This document shows positions 30,467 through 40,023 of a stretch of 64,000 bases of DNA, in pieces. Position 1 is the first letter of the stretch. Each line of letters starts with the position of its first letter. The notes beneath the pieces were generated by a model. It saw only the letters and a list, made by a program, of their open reading frames with translations, searched no databases and had not been told where the DNA came from. A program made the translations under genes and the position numbers. The stretch comes from a virus: UHGV virus genome UHGV-0033085, one strand, 5' to 3'.

Positions 30467-30547
30467 TAAGTAAGTACACACCTACAACAAAAGGGTGAAA
30501 TGTGATATAAATCCGCCATCCCGATTTGACTTTTCATGGAGGAAAAC

Positions 30548-30871
30548 ATGTCGAACGAGATGGCGGGCGTTACAACAGAGCAAGTTGAGCGTATTGCCGC
30601 GATCGTTGCTCGGGAGGTTGTTGGCAAATTAGGTAAAGAGCTACGTGAAGAAATTGGCCAGGAGGTCAACGACCAGCTCAAAACCTACTTTGGCGATATG
30701 ACGCCTTCGCAACACAGCATTCAGCACTCCAACCTGGACAAACTACTTAATCGGCTAGACGCCATCTCCAGCGGGTTCTTTGGCGGCATTATCTCAAAGA
30801 TAACGTCGTTCCTGATTACCGCGCTGCTGCTGGGTCTGGCCGCTTATGGCGTGAAGAATGGACTGCAATAA
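30548..30871 (+). CDS. holin-like membrane protein (putative)
   Basis: ATG 30548 after GGAGGA; single C-terminal TM segment; first gene of lysis cassette. Confidence 0.4.
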   Translation: MSNEMAGVTTEQVERIAAIVAREVVGKLGKELREEIGQEVNDQLKTYFGDMTPSQHSIQHSNLDKLLNRLDAISSGFFGGIISKITSFLITALLLGLAAYGVKNGLQ

Positions 30872-30884
30872 CAGGAGATCAAGG

Positions 30885-31577
30885 ATGAAAACTCCGAGAG
30901 GCATTCGTAATAACAACCCTGGCAACCTCGACAAAGGTTCGCCGTGGCAGGGGCTAATCGACAACCCTGCCGAACCGCGCTTTTGCACGTTTAAAGACCC
31001 TGTTTGGGGGATTCGTGCGCTGGCGGTGACTCTAATTACCTACCACGATAAACGTCGCGCAAAAGACGGCACAAGTATCGATACCATTCGTGAAGTTATT
31101 GAACGCTGGGCACCGCCGAATGAAAACAATACTGACGCCTACATTAATGAGGTGTCTAAAGCCGTTGGTGTAACCGCAGACATGATCATCGATCTGCATG
31201 ATTACGACATCCTTCGACCTTTGGTTGAGGCAATCATTCGCCACGAGAATGGCCGAGGCCCGCTAAAAACGCTGAACACCTGGTATGCGGCAGAAGTTAT
31301 TGAGGAAGGTCTGCGTCGAGCTGGCGTTGTTAAGCCGGTGAAAACCGTGAAGGCTGTTCCTGTAACTAAAGAAACCGCAGGCGCAACTGTTACAGCAGGT
31401 ATTGGTCTGGCGCAGCTGGCCGATGTTATGCCGCAGGTTTCCGCTGCTATGGATAAAGCACAAGGTCATATCTCTAGCGGGGATACAGTACGCATCATCT
31501 TCGGTATTGCCACTATTGTTGTGGCAGGATTCATTGCCTGGTCGCAGGTAAGAAAACACCAGAAAGGGATGGTCTAA
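30885..31577 (+). CDS. endolysin candidate (positional) with C-terminal hydrophobic segment
   Basis: Lies between holin-like gene and spanin pair; no catalytic motif recognised. Confidence 0.35.
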   Translation: MKTPRGIRNNNPGNLDKGSPWQGLIDNPAEPRFCTFKDPVWGIRALAVTLITYHDKRRAKDGTSIDTIREVIERWAPPNENNTDAYINEVSKAVGVTADMIIDLHDYDILRPLVEAIIRHENGRGPLKTLNTWYAAEVIEEGLRRAGVVKPVKTVKAVPVTKETAGATVTAGIGLAQLADVMPQVSAAMDKAQGHISSGDTVRIIFGIATIVVAGFIAWSQVRKHQKGMV

Positions 31578-31578
31578 T

Positions 31579-31830
31579 ATGCTAGGCAGCCTGATGACAA
31601 AGCTAAAAGTTGCTTTGATTACGCTGGCTGCCGTTCTTTTCGTTCTTGTCGGCGCTTACACGATGGGCGGGAATGCGGCGCGACGAGCAATGGAAGAGAA
31701 GGCAAAACAGGAAGACAGAAAACGACTTCAAAGCACAGTGGAAGTGGTGAATGAGACGAGCAATAAAATACGTCAGAAAGATGCTTCTGCCGTTCATCGT
31801 GAGTTGTATGATAAGTGGGTGCGTCATTAA
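31579..31830 (+). CDS. i-spanin (Rz-like)
   Basis: N-terminal TM segment then charged helical region; o-spanin ORF embedded in its 3' end. Confidence 0.5.
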   Translation: MLGSLMTKLKVALITLAAVLFVLVGAYTMGGNAARRAMEEKAKQEDRKRLQSTVEVVNETSNKIRQKDASAVHRELYDKWVRH

Positions 31831-31966
31831 ACCACAAACAGCCAGCGTGTTGTTCTGCGATGGGGCTGAGCCTATCTATATCAGCAATAATGATGTAATG
31901 ACTGAAGAAACCGAACGCCAAATCCTTTTTCACAATACGATGGGAGAGAGGGTTTGTGGTTGGTGA
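31751..31966 (+). CDS. o-spanin (Rz1-like lipoprotein)
   Basis: Starts inside i-spanin in a different frame; lipobox-like ISGC after hydrophobic signal. Confidence 0.5.
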   Translation: MRRAIKYVRKMLLPFIVSCMISGCVIKPQTASVLFCDGAEPIYISNNDVMTEETERQILFHNTMGERVCGW

Positions 31967-31998
31967 TGTCGAAGTTCCCCTCAAATGAGGGGAACACA

Positions 31999-32520
31999 TT
32001 ATTCTTCGAACAATTTTTCGATAGATTTTGTAGGATAGAACAAAGAACGCTCGTTGTTACCAACCAGCTGGATAAAGTCTAAACTTTTATAAAACGCCTT
32101 GGCTTTGTCATTTAACGCCTCAACGAAAAGTCCATGAATGCCTACAGCAAGAGATGCATTGTACACAACGCGCATTGCATGTGTTACAAGCATTGAGCCA
32201 AATCCTTGACCTTGAAGGGACTTGTCCAAAGCCAGCCTACCCAAAGTAACACTTGGAACATTCCGATAAGGTACCTTCTTTTGCTGGCTTCTTGAAGGTA
32301 AGGACTCCTTTTCAAAGCAGCTACCTGACAAAGTGTAATACCCTAACACTTTTGGTCTGCCTTCTTTCGTGCAGAGCACATAAGCGCGAAGAATTTTTCC
32401 CTCATGCTGCCTTTTTAAGTGGTTGGTTAAAAAGGCATTTAGTGATTCTTCACCGCAATCAAAACCATTCAAATCATAATCTTTCTCTCCAGAGAAAATT
32501 TCTATCTTTATATTATCCAC
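31999..32520 (-). CDS. GNAT-family acetyltransferase toxin (TacT/AtaT-like)
   Basis: GNAT motif LQGQGFGSMLV; GTG start 8 nt after antitoxin stop. Confidence 0.7.
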   Translation of the reverse strand: MDNIKIEIFSGEKDYDLNGFDCGEESLNAFLTNHLKRQHEGKILRAYVLCTKEGRPKVLGYYTLSGSCFEKESLPSRSQQKKVPYRNVPSVTLGRLALDKSLQGQGFGSMLVTHAMRVVYNASLAVGIHGLFVEALNDKAKAFYKSLDFIQLVGNNERSLFYPTKSIEKLFEE

Positions 32521-32527
32521 GAGTAAA

Positions 32528-32797
32528 CTACTCCATGCTTTTCAGACGATCAGCAGCTCGTTTCAGCTTGTCGTTCGGTGCCGGAGGATTGCTTATAGCG
32601 TCCATAACCAGATTCCAGGATTCTTCATTCAGAACTAGTCTACGGTGTTGCTCTATAACTTTCACGGCACGTTCAGATGCACTGCTAACCATAAACTGAG
32701 TAATGCTCTGGTTAGACATTGCGGCAGCTTCCTCGATGATGCTTTTATCGTCATCGGTTAATCTCAAATCGATGCGCTGCTTTTTTAGTGCTGACAT
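32528..32797 (-). CDS. DUF1778/RHH-type antitoxin (TacA/AtaR-like)
   Basis: Start MSALKKQRIDLRLTDDDK with AGGAGG 6 nt upstream; listed ORF has 13-aa spurious N-extension. Confidence 0.65.
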   Translation of the reverse strand: MSALKKQRIDLRLTDDDKSIIEEAAAMSNQSITQFMVSSASERAVKVIEQHRRLVLNEESWNLVMDAISNPPAPNDKLKRAADRLKSME

Positions 32798-33115
32798 GTA
32801 TTCCTCCTGATGGCCGTGATGTAGGAAGGCCATCAATCTCCTCTGTTCAAACTGAGTTTTCGACTCAAAAATTACTTTAAAAGGCTATAGCCCATTACGT
32901 GTGCATTATCAAATTGTGTACGGCATATCACCGTACTTGTAATATAGAGGTCATTGTTACTTTTTTCAACAGACAAATACAAGCTATGTTTGCCAATTGT
33001 TAATCACAACCTACCATTTAACCTTTACACCGCAGCCGTAGGCATTTAGGCTATATCACATATAAGAAAACAAATTGTTTCAGACGATAATTATATACGC
33101 AAAGGGAACTCTCCA

Positions 33116-33784
33116 ATGACCAAGATCTTTGTGGTTGGCGGCACAAAGGGCGGGCCTGGCAAATCCACCGTTGCCCAGCAAATTGCCGTTTGCCTGAAAG
33201 TCAAAAAGAAGAAGAAGGTTTATATCACTGATATAGATATTCAGCGCACGACAACGAGCTGGTGTGAAGACCGTCGACAGAACGAATACCTTGAGCTGAT
33301 TCCTTTTGCATACGTTCAGGATGACATCATTAAGCACCTAAAATCGCTTCAGGGTAGAGCTGAGTTTGTAGTGGTAGATGCTGGTGGCTTCGACTCCGAA
33401 ATTCAGCGACAAGCGATGCTGATGGCCGACGTTATCATTATCCCGCTTCGTCCTAAGCGTCGTGATTTGAAATCTCTGCGTGACATCGATCCTATTATCG
33501 ACAATGTTCGCAATGTAAACGATAAAGTGAAGGTCCGCGCGGTCATGAACCAGTGCCCGGCTTTGCCATCACAAGTGTCTCGCATTCTGGCGGCTAAAGA
33601 GATTGTTGAGACGTTTGGAATCGAGTCTGCGCCAGTCAATCTATATAACCGCAACGTCTATGATGATGCGGAAGAGTCTGGTCGTTCTATCTTTGAAATG
33701 ACCGGTAGCGAGCGCGACAAAAAGGCGGAAGCCGAGTTTGAAGAATTTGTAGATTATCTGTTGAGTCTGGAGGAAGAAGAATAA
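33116..33784 (+). CDS. parA: ParA-type partition ATPase
   Basis: Deviant Walker A GGTKGGPGKST; TAATG coupling to downstream gene. Confidence 0.8.
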   Translation: MTKIFVVGGTKGGPGKSTVAQQIAVCLKVKKKKKVYITDIDIQRTTTSWCEDRRQNEYLELIPFAYVQDDIIKHLKSLQGRAEFVVVDAGGFDSEIQRQAMLMADVIIIPLRPKRRDLKSLRDIDPIIDNVRNVNDKVKVRAVMNQCPALPSQVSRILAAKEIVETFGIESAPVNLYNRNVYDDAEESGRSIFEMTGSERDKKAEAEFEEFVDYLLSLEEEE

Positions 33785-34143
33785 TGTCCATGAAAATGGG
33801 TGACCTAGCAAAGCGCAAAGAGCCTGATGCACCGGCTAAGAACACAACTCCTTTGCGCCAACCAGTCAGACCACAGGGACGCCCGACTCGTGGCAAAGAG
33901 AAAATTAAAAGCCGCACAATGTCACTGGAGGACGAATACTTCGAACTGCTGGAGATGATGAAGTTCATCCCTCGCTTCGAGAAGTTCACTCGTTCTGACG
34001 TGATTCGAGCAGCCATTTTCCATCTGGCAGAGAAGTCACCGCAGGAAATCGAGGACATCGTGAAATTGAATGAGGCGATCACCGCTGCCGATGTCACGAT
34101 GCGTACCGATGAAATCAAACGAGAGTTGATGAAGAAAGGTTAA
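33784..34143 (+). CDS. small partition/centromere-binding protein (ParG/ParB-like, putative)
   Basis: 119-aa ORF coupled to parA, basic N-terminus. Confidence 0.45.
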   Translation: MSMKMGDLAKRKEPDAPAKNTTPLRQPVRPQGRPTRGKEKIKSRTMSLEDEYFELLEMMKFIPRFEKFTRSDVIRAAIFHLAEKSPQEIEDIVKLNEAITAADVTMRTDEIKRELMKKG

Positions 34144-34147
34144 AAAT

Positions 34148-34180
34148 TATGCATTGGCGCAATGTACGCGCCAATGCATA
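34148..34180. terminator. perfect 13-bp inverted repeat between convergent genes (bidirectional terminator candidate)
   Basis: TATGCATTGGCGC-AATGTAC-GCGCCAATGCATA. Confidence 0.45.
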
Positions 34181-34195
34181 ACTACAGTGTCAGCT

Positions 34196-34963
34196 TTATG
34201 CCGCGCTAACACTATGTTCAGTCCTAACCACCCCAACCTTCACAAAAGGGCTACCGTAGCTTGGTGGCTTCTTGATTAATTTGCCTACATACAGTTTTCT
34301 AATATGCTCATCGGCTATTCTGCCAACAAATTCATAACGTTTTGTGTCGGGGCCAAGAGCTATATCCCTTGTAAAGTACTGCTGAGAACCGGCTTTGACC
34401 CAGCATTCAATCTGATAAACTTCCATTATCAGCCCACCATATGTAGCGTAGGCATATTTGAGATTCTCGTCTCTTGGAACCTTTGCCCATACGCCACGCG
34501 TAGCTTCATATAATGCCAGAGCGGACATTCCTGACTTGTAGGTGCTGTTTAGCAGGAAGGCAAGACCGGCGTGCTCAGGAGCAATTTCAGTTTCCTCTTG
34601 CAGCACTAAGTGATGGTAGGCGTCCAGTGATATTCTGCCCATCATGGAACCACTTCCTCGTACCTTATTCGTAAGCTCTCCGACCCCCATAAGGTCGATG
34701 CATGTCGCCTCAACAAGTTTGGCTGTGGTTTCATCCATACCATGACGAAGTATATCTATGCCTAATTTTTTATTAGCCAAAAGTTCTTTGATCCGCATGG
34801 ATTTGGGAGAGTCATCGGGATACTTGATGTGATCGAGACAACGAGTCGATTTGCCTTTTCCTATGTAAAACGGTCTTTTCATCTTGTCTTCTGTATCATA
34901 GAGACAGTAAACATAGTATTTAGCCTTATCCAATGATCTCGCGTATACCGATAAATCGTCCAT
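34196..34963 (-). CDS. GIY-YIG nuclease domain protein (possible freestanding homing endonuclease)
   Basis: N-terminal YYVYCLYD...KRPFYIGKGK...R...H pattern typical of GIY-YIG. Confidence 0.55.
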   Translation of the reverse strand: MDDLSVYARSLDKAKYYVYCLYDTEDKMKRPFYIGKGKSTRCLDHIKYPDDSPKSMRIKELLANKKLGIDILRHGMDETTAKLVEATCIDLMGVGELTNKVRGSGSMMGRISLDAYHHLVLQEETEIAPEHAGLAFLLNSTYKSGMSALALYEATRGVWAKVPRDENLKYAYATYGGLIMEVYQIECWVKAGSQQYFTRDIALGPDTKRYEFVGRIADEHIRKLYVGKLIKKPPSYGSPFVKVGVVRTEHSVSAA

Positions 34964-35074
34964 TATTGCATCTCTTAGCTACTGACTAATGCGTTCTATT
35001 TTACACATAAGTTTTTAATCAATTTAACAGGCTCAAAGTGTAGAGCTTCTGGGCGTCTAAGACGACAAGTTATG

Positions 35075-35129
35075 CCTGCTTCTGTATATATAAATAATAA
35101 GTAACTTATTAAATATATACGGAAGCAGG
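35075..35129. repeat. 55-bp AT-rich palindromic element, copy 2
   Basis: 54/55 identical to 2878-2933; inner palindrome TAATAAGT-A-ACTTATTA. Confidence 0.8.
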
Positions 35130-35245
35130 TCTTTTAAAAGACACCACCAGAACAACTCCCTTCCGTTTCCACTTCCAAAAACTGCCACCAGTCGCTATCA
35201 TCCGCTCATTGTGATAAGTAAGTAACTACCTACTAGGTGAGCCAC

Positions 35246-35986
35246 ATGAGCCAAATCTTTTTCGATACCATCGACAACGACCAGTACGACTTCATGACAG
35301 AGTGGAATACCGCTGTTATGGACAAGTGGGTCGCTGAAAACATTGGTTTGTCGCGCTGTAAAGACGAGGCTGAACTCTTCGAGACGAAGTGGTTTGATTA
35401 CCGCGACATGCATCCTCTCATGGCCACCTGTCTTTTTACGGAGGCATACAAACGTCAGTACTCAAATATCATGCTGACGCACGGTCGCGAACACTTTGAA
35501 ACAGCTCCGTTCACCACCGGGTTAAAACGCCTGCCTTATCAGGAGTTGTCGACTGCCAATAAAACGTCGCTATGGAAAGCACGCCAGTTTGCGGATCGCT
35601 ATTGCTGCTCATACGACTACTTTATCTCCACCGTTCTTTCCGCAGCTGCACGACGGCTGTGGGACAAGCTGCCGCGCCCACAGCATTTGTGGCAGCCAGA
35701 ACTGATTGAGATATTTGAAGAGAAATTAGCCAGACGCGCAACAACCCGTCTGGATGACTCTCTTGTTAGCTTTAAGCATATGGGAGACATGCAGTTCAAC
35801 CCGATTCAGGAAAGCTATTTTGAGTGGATTCTGGAGCGTTTGCGCACCATCCCTCGCAGCAAGCGCATACGCGCAATTTTCTCCGCTATCTGGCTAATGG
35901 AAATCGTTCCAGAGCGCCTTATTTCCGCCCACTTTCCAGAAGAACTGGAAGAAGCACGGCGGTTTATTGATCCCCTATCTAATTAA
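35246..35986 (+). CDS. hypothetical protein
   Basis: ATG 35246 in CACATG context; 246 aa. Confidence 0.35.
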   Translation: MSQIFFDTIDNDQYDFMTEWNTAVMDKWVAENIGLSRCKDEAELFETKWFDYRDMHPLMATCLFTEAYKRQYSNIMLTHGREHFETAPFTTGLKRLPYQELSTANKTSLWKARQFADRYCCSYDYFISTVLSAAARRLWDKLPRPQHLWQPELIEIFEEKLARRATTRLDDSLVSFKHMGDMQFNPIQESYFEWILERLRTIPRSKRIRAIFSAIWLMEIVPERLISAHFPEELEEARRFIDPLSN

Positions 35987-36029
35987 CTAATACTAGAAAA
36001 CAATTTGTTTAAAAAACAAAGGAAAGCAC

Positions 36030-37370
36030 ATGACCGAACTTTGCCATACAGGACGCGGGCTGTCCGAAGAGTTTGATGAAGATTTCCAGAACAGACTGAC
36101 GGCATATTTTTGTCGTGATCACGAGTTTCTTACTCGTGCGGGAGATCTGGTTGTGCCTAGCCAATTTGCCAATGCGGCCAATGCCATATTGGTTAATATG
36201 GTTTCGGGCTATTACCGTATGTACAAGAGCGCGCCCTCTTCATCTGCAATTCTTGATATGCTTAAGCGTGCGAAACGCGATAAGACTATCCGTGAGGAAC
36301 TATTCGCCGATGTTGTTGCTGCGTTTAAGCGCATTCTTGCAGAAAAATTGTCCGATACCTCGTACATGGTTGACCAGGTATCAACCTTCGCAAAAAGTGT
36401 AGCGTTTGATGATGCTCTGATTAAGGCTGCTGAACTGAAAGAGAAAGGCGACTTTCAGGGGGCGATGGCAATCATGGCCAAGGTTCAGCAGATTGGATCG
36501 AACGAAGCGACCGGAATCTATGACTACTACACCTCCGCAAGTGAGCGATTGAAAGCGCGTGAATATGAGGCTTCAGAGGAGTATGTGCCAAACAGCATTA
36601 CAACTGGACTCCCTCTGCTCGATAGGTTGCTGTACCAAAAAGGCTGGGCGAAGCGTGAAATGGTGCTCTTCATGGGGTTCGCTAAATCCGGTAAATCGAC
36701 TGCAATGGGTGAATTTTCCATAAACGCAACGCTTGCTGGCTACAATGTTCTGTATCTCTCGCTGGAGGTTCACACCACCATTTTATCCGACCGTTTTGAT
36801 GCAAGATTGTCGGAGACAGAAATGTCCAAGCTGGTGGAACGGCGCGATGAGGTTCATCGTAAGTTGGCAGAGTTGGGAGCCACGAAGGGGATTGGTAGTT
36901 TGTGGGTGGTTGAGCGTCCGTCAGGAAGTATGTCACCGGCAGATCTGGACCGTATGCTTAACAGCATGAAAGCCAACGGCATGGTGCCTGACATGGTTGT
37001 TGTCGACTACGCAGATTTGATGCGTGCCAGTTATGACCTTCGTGATGATCGCGCCAACATTCGTAGTATCTACACCGATTTACGTGCTCTTTATGACAAG
37101 CATAACGTTGCTGGGATCACGGCATCGCAGACAAACCGTGAAGGTGGCGCGTCAGAAGTTGCCACAATGATGCACGCCGCCGACAACATCGAAAAAGTAC
37201 GTATTGCTGACCTGGTAATAACGATCAACAAAACCGAAGAAGAAGAAGCGAAAGGAGAGGCTCGTCTCTACTTTGCCGGTTCACGTAACCAGCAGGGAGG
37301 GATCAGCATTCGCGTTAAACAAAACCTCGAACAAATGCGCTTCATTGAGCGAATCTTAGACGTTACCTAA
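36030..37370 (+). CDS. DnaB-like replicative helicase
   Basis: C-terminal RecA-like domain with Walker A GFAKSGKST and Walker B VVVDYADL. Confidence 0.7.
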   Translation: MTELCHTGRGLSEEFDEDFQNRLTAYFCRDHEFLTRAGDLVVPSQFANAANAILVNMVSGYYRMYKSAPSSSAILDMLKRAKRDKTIREELFADVVAAFKRILAEKLSDTSYMVDQVSTFAKSVAFDDALIKAAELKEKGDFQGAMAIMAKVQQIGSNEATGIYDYYTSASERLKAREYEASEEYVPNSITTGLPLLDRLLYQKGWAKREMVLFMGFAKSGKSTAMGEFSINATLAGYNVLYLSLEVHTTILSDRFDARLSETEMSKLVERRDEVHRKLAELGATKGIGSLWVVERPSGSMSPADLDRMLNSMKANGMVPDMVVVDYADLMRASYDLRDDRANIRSIYTDLRALYDKHNVAGITASQTNREGGASEVATMMHAADNIEKVRIADLVITINKTEEEEAKGEARLYFAGSRNQQGGISIRVKQNLEQMRFIERILDVT

Positions 37371-37451
37371 AAAATAAGCGTGGAGAACACCTCCACGCTT
37401 GATTCATTGGTGAAACAACTTTTCTTTTGCCAAACCACAAAAGAAAAACAC

Positions 37452-38633
37452 ATGAGCCTTTATGTTATATCAACATTTAGGTTGGTCACAATATTGCCTG
37501 TTAAAAGTGGAATTATCGTGAGCGAGCTGAAAGAGCTAATTACCGAATTAGATTTTGAACAATGGTTGGATACTGAAGGTATCGTTTATCGACGTGGAGG
37601 CGTGAGTACTCGCGGTCGTGAAGTGAATATCAAGGAGTGTCCGGTATGCGGCAGCTCCAACTGGAAGGTATATTTCAATCTGACCAGTGGCGTCGGTAAA
37701 TGCTTCGCTGGTGATCATCCCGAAGAGATTCAGTTCAATAAGCTGGTCTTCCTCAAGCACTACAGCGGCAAATCACGACGACAGTTCGAGGAATATGTGC
37801 AGAACGCCCTTCTTTCCCAGGGGTGGGCACCAAAGAAAGAAGAGCTAGTGCTTGCAAGCACAGTCGAGTTAGAGGGGCCAGTTGCACTCCCTCGTCATTA
37901 CGAGCTTCCTATAGATGGCCGTCTTCCAGACTATCTGGTTGAACGAAACATATCGCCTGAAATGGCAAAGTATTTTGACCTACGATACTGCGTCGAAGGC
38001 AAGCACGCCTATGTAGATCCGTATACAGATCAGGTTAAAGGACAGATATTCGATATGCGAATACTGATACCGGTTTACGATCTGGATGGGGTAATGAAGA
38101 CATTTCAGGGACGAGACATTACCGGTACAGCTGAACGTCGCTACCTCTTTCCTATGCAGCTTCCAGCTTCAGGTAAGTTTCTCTACAACGGCCATAATGC
38201 GGTCGGCAAACAGACTGTAGTTGTCTGTGAGGGGGCGTTCGATGTTATGGGGGTTAAACGAGCTATTTTTGATGAAGAAACATTACGTGATTACGTGGAA
38301 CCGATAGGAACGTTCGGGATGCATCTATCTGGTAACACCACTCAGGATGCAGAAGATCAGTTAGGCGCGTTCCTGACGCTCAAGGCGCGTGGGTTACGTA
38401 ATGTGATCATGATGTGGGATAGTGAAAAGCAAGCTATACGCAACACTATGGCCGCAGCCAGGCGACTGACCAGTATCGGTCTTAATGTCAAAGTTGCGTG
38501 TTTGGGGGAGGAAGGACTCGACCCGGGCGGTGCAACGCCAGAACAAATTATCAAAGCCTATTATCGGGCAAAACCGTATACCAAACAGTTGGAGTTGCAA
38601 AGCAAGGTTTTGGGCATTAAGGCTATATCGTAA
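37452..38633 (+). CDS. DNA primase (zinc-finger + TOPRIM)
   Basis: CPVCGSSNW...GKCF zinc motif, TOPRIM-like VVVCEGAFDVMG; ATG 37452 in CACATG context; listed start 37380 lies inside a hairpin. Confidence 0.65.
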   Translation: MSLYVISTFRLVTILPVKSGIIVSELKELITELDFEQWLDTEGIVYRRGGVSTRGREVNIKECPVCGSSNWKVYFNLTSGVGKCFAGDHPEEIQFNKLVFLKHYSGKSRRQFEEYVQNALLSQGWAPKKEELVLASTVELEGPVALPRHYELPIDGRLPDYLVERNISPEMAKYFDLRYCVEGKHAYVDPYTDQVKGQIFDMRILIPVYDLDGVMKTFQGRDITGTAERRYLFPMQLPASGKFLYNGHNAVGKQTVVVCEGAFDVMGVKRAIFDEETLRDYVEPIGTFGMHLSGNTTQDAEDQLGAFLTLKARGLRNVIMMWDSEKQAIRNTMAAARRLTSIGLNVKVACLGEEGLDPGGATPEQIIKAYYRAKPYTKQLELQSKVLGIKAIS

Positions 38634-38708
38634 CAAGTGCCGCCAAAATAAGTAGATGATTACTTATCTTTCTGTAAGAATACTTTCATCTGTTAGCTAG
38701 GAGTTGGT

Positions 38709-39485
38709 ATGAAAGACGAAATTCACAAATTAGCCTGCGACATCATTGATAAAACTGGTTTAGAAATCAGCGAGAGCAATCGACTAGACATCATTGAAAA
38801 AGCGGTAAAAACAGCAATGGATCATATCGCCACTCGTTTGGTTGAGATCCCGCTACCAGGGCTACCTTATCTGAAAGTTGAGTTACACGTATGGGGTGAA
38901 CCTTCTTGTGCACGACGTTCTGCATTAGTTGTTTTTATTAGCAAAGAAAACCCGCTCAGTCTTAAAGTGCAGGTTGGAGCATGGCTTGATGGCAGAGTGA
39001 TCTACACAAATACCGTTTTTTGTCTTTCAAACGACGAAACTATTGAAGCGGCCATTCAAGAAGCAGTTCTAGCAATGCGCAGCAGCGGTTTGATGAAGAA
39101 TAACTACGAAGAGTACTTGCGTTCGATAAGTGGTGAAAAGACATTATCTCTGAAAGCAGATTTCGTTACCCCGAAAAATCTGTTGGAAGTCTTGCTTAAT
39201 AAAGGGGCTAATGATGCCGTAAATGTAATCAGAGAGAGTGAGTATGCGTCTCTTTGCGACATGTGCAAAAGCCAGTTGGATCTGGTGCATATCGTTATTG
39301 ATGCTGGGAAGGCATGTGATGGCGTAATGGCGGAATTTGCTTGGAAGGTGGTCAGGATTGCTAACGAATTACCGATGATAGAGCAAGAGGCTAAATCATA
39401 CGCCACCAATCATATCACAGAGCTTCTTGCCCCCTATCGCTTAGAAAGCAATCAGCGCAAGATGATTAGCTGGGGAAGTTGGTAA
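38709..39485 (+). CDS. hypothetical protein
   Basis: 258-aa ORF with RBS. Confidence 0.35.
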   Translation: MKDEIHKLACDIIDKTGLEISESNRLDIIEKAVKTAMDHIATRLVEIPLPGLPYLKVELHVWGEPSCARRSALVVFISKENPLSLKVQVGAWLDGRVIYTNTVFCLSNDETIEAAIQEAVLAMRSSGLMKNNYEEYLRSISGEKTLSLKADFVTPKNLLEVLLNKGANDAVNVIRESEYASLCDMCKSQLDLVHIVIDAGKACDGVMAEFAWKVVRIANELPMIEQEAKSYATNHITELLAPYRLESNQRKMISWGSW

Positions 39486-39540
39486 TCTCTCCGCGCGTCG
39501 TTTTTTACGCAAATAACGATAGGTAAGTACAAGATTATTT

Positions 39541-40023
39541 ATGGCGGTAGTTGTGAAAGCTGATTTGTCAAAAATCCCCTCTATTTCAGGAAATAATGGT
39601 TATTCACTTCGTTGTGAGGAAGTAAAGATAAACGGTGAGTCGGCATATTGCAGCTACTCCGTTTGCCAGCACACCATTCTTGCCTTCAAAGAAAACCGTC
39701 TTCCTCGAACTTCATTCCAGTCGTGCGCAACCGCTATCAAAGCAGGCAAATGCAAGGCGTTAAAAATGATGGTTGAAGAGATTCGTAAAGGAGAATCTCT
39801 GTATTTCGAAGATATGACCGCGCTCATTAAGGAGGTTGAAGAACAGAATAAACAAGCCAGAACTTTAAAACGAAAACGTGACAGTGTAACGATTAATAGC
39901 ATGGTTAAGAAGAGCACCACATCACAAACAGCGATCACTGACGTGTATGCGGCGTTGCTTGAAGAAACAACAAAAGAAACACATGAGCAAATCGATCAAC
40001 ATATGGAGGTAAAACAACAATGA
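39541..40023 (+). CDS. hypothetical protein
   Basis: 160-aa ORF. Confidence 0.35.
   Translation: MAVVVKADLSKIPSISGNNGYSLRCEEVKINGESAYCSYSVCQHTILAFKENRLPRTSFQSCATAIKAGKCKALKMMVEEIRKGESLYFEDMTALIKEVEEQNKQARTLKRKRDSVTINSMVKKSTTSQTAITDVYAALLEETTKETHEQIDQHMEVKQQ

Noticed and set aside
37380-37451. Upstream GTG start (37380) for the primase ORF
   Set aside because: It lies inside the hairpin that follows the helicase gene and lacks an RBS; ATG 37452 has the conserved AAGAAAAACACATG context
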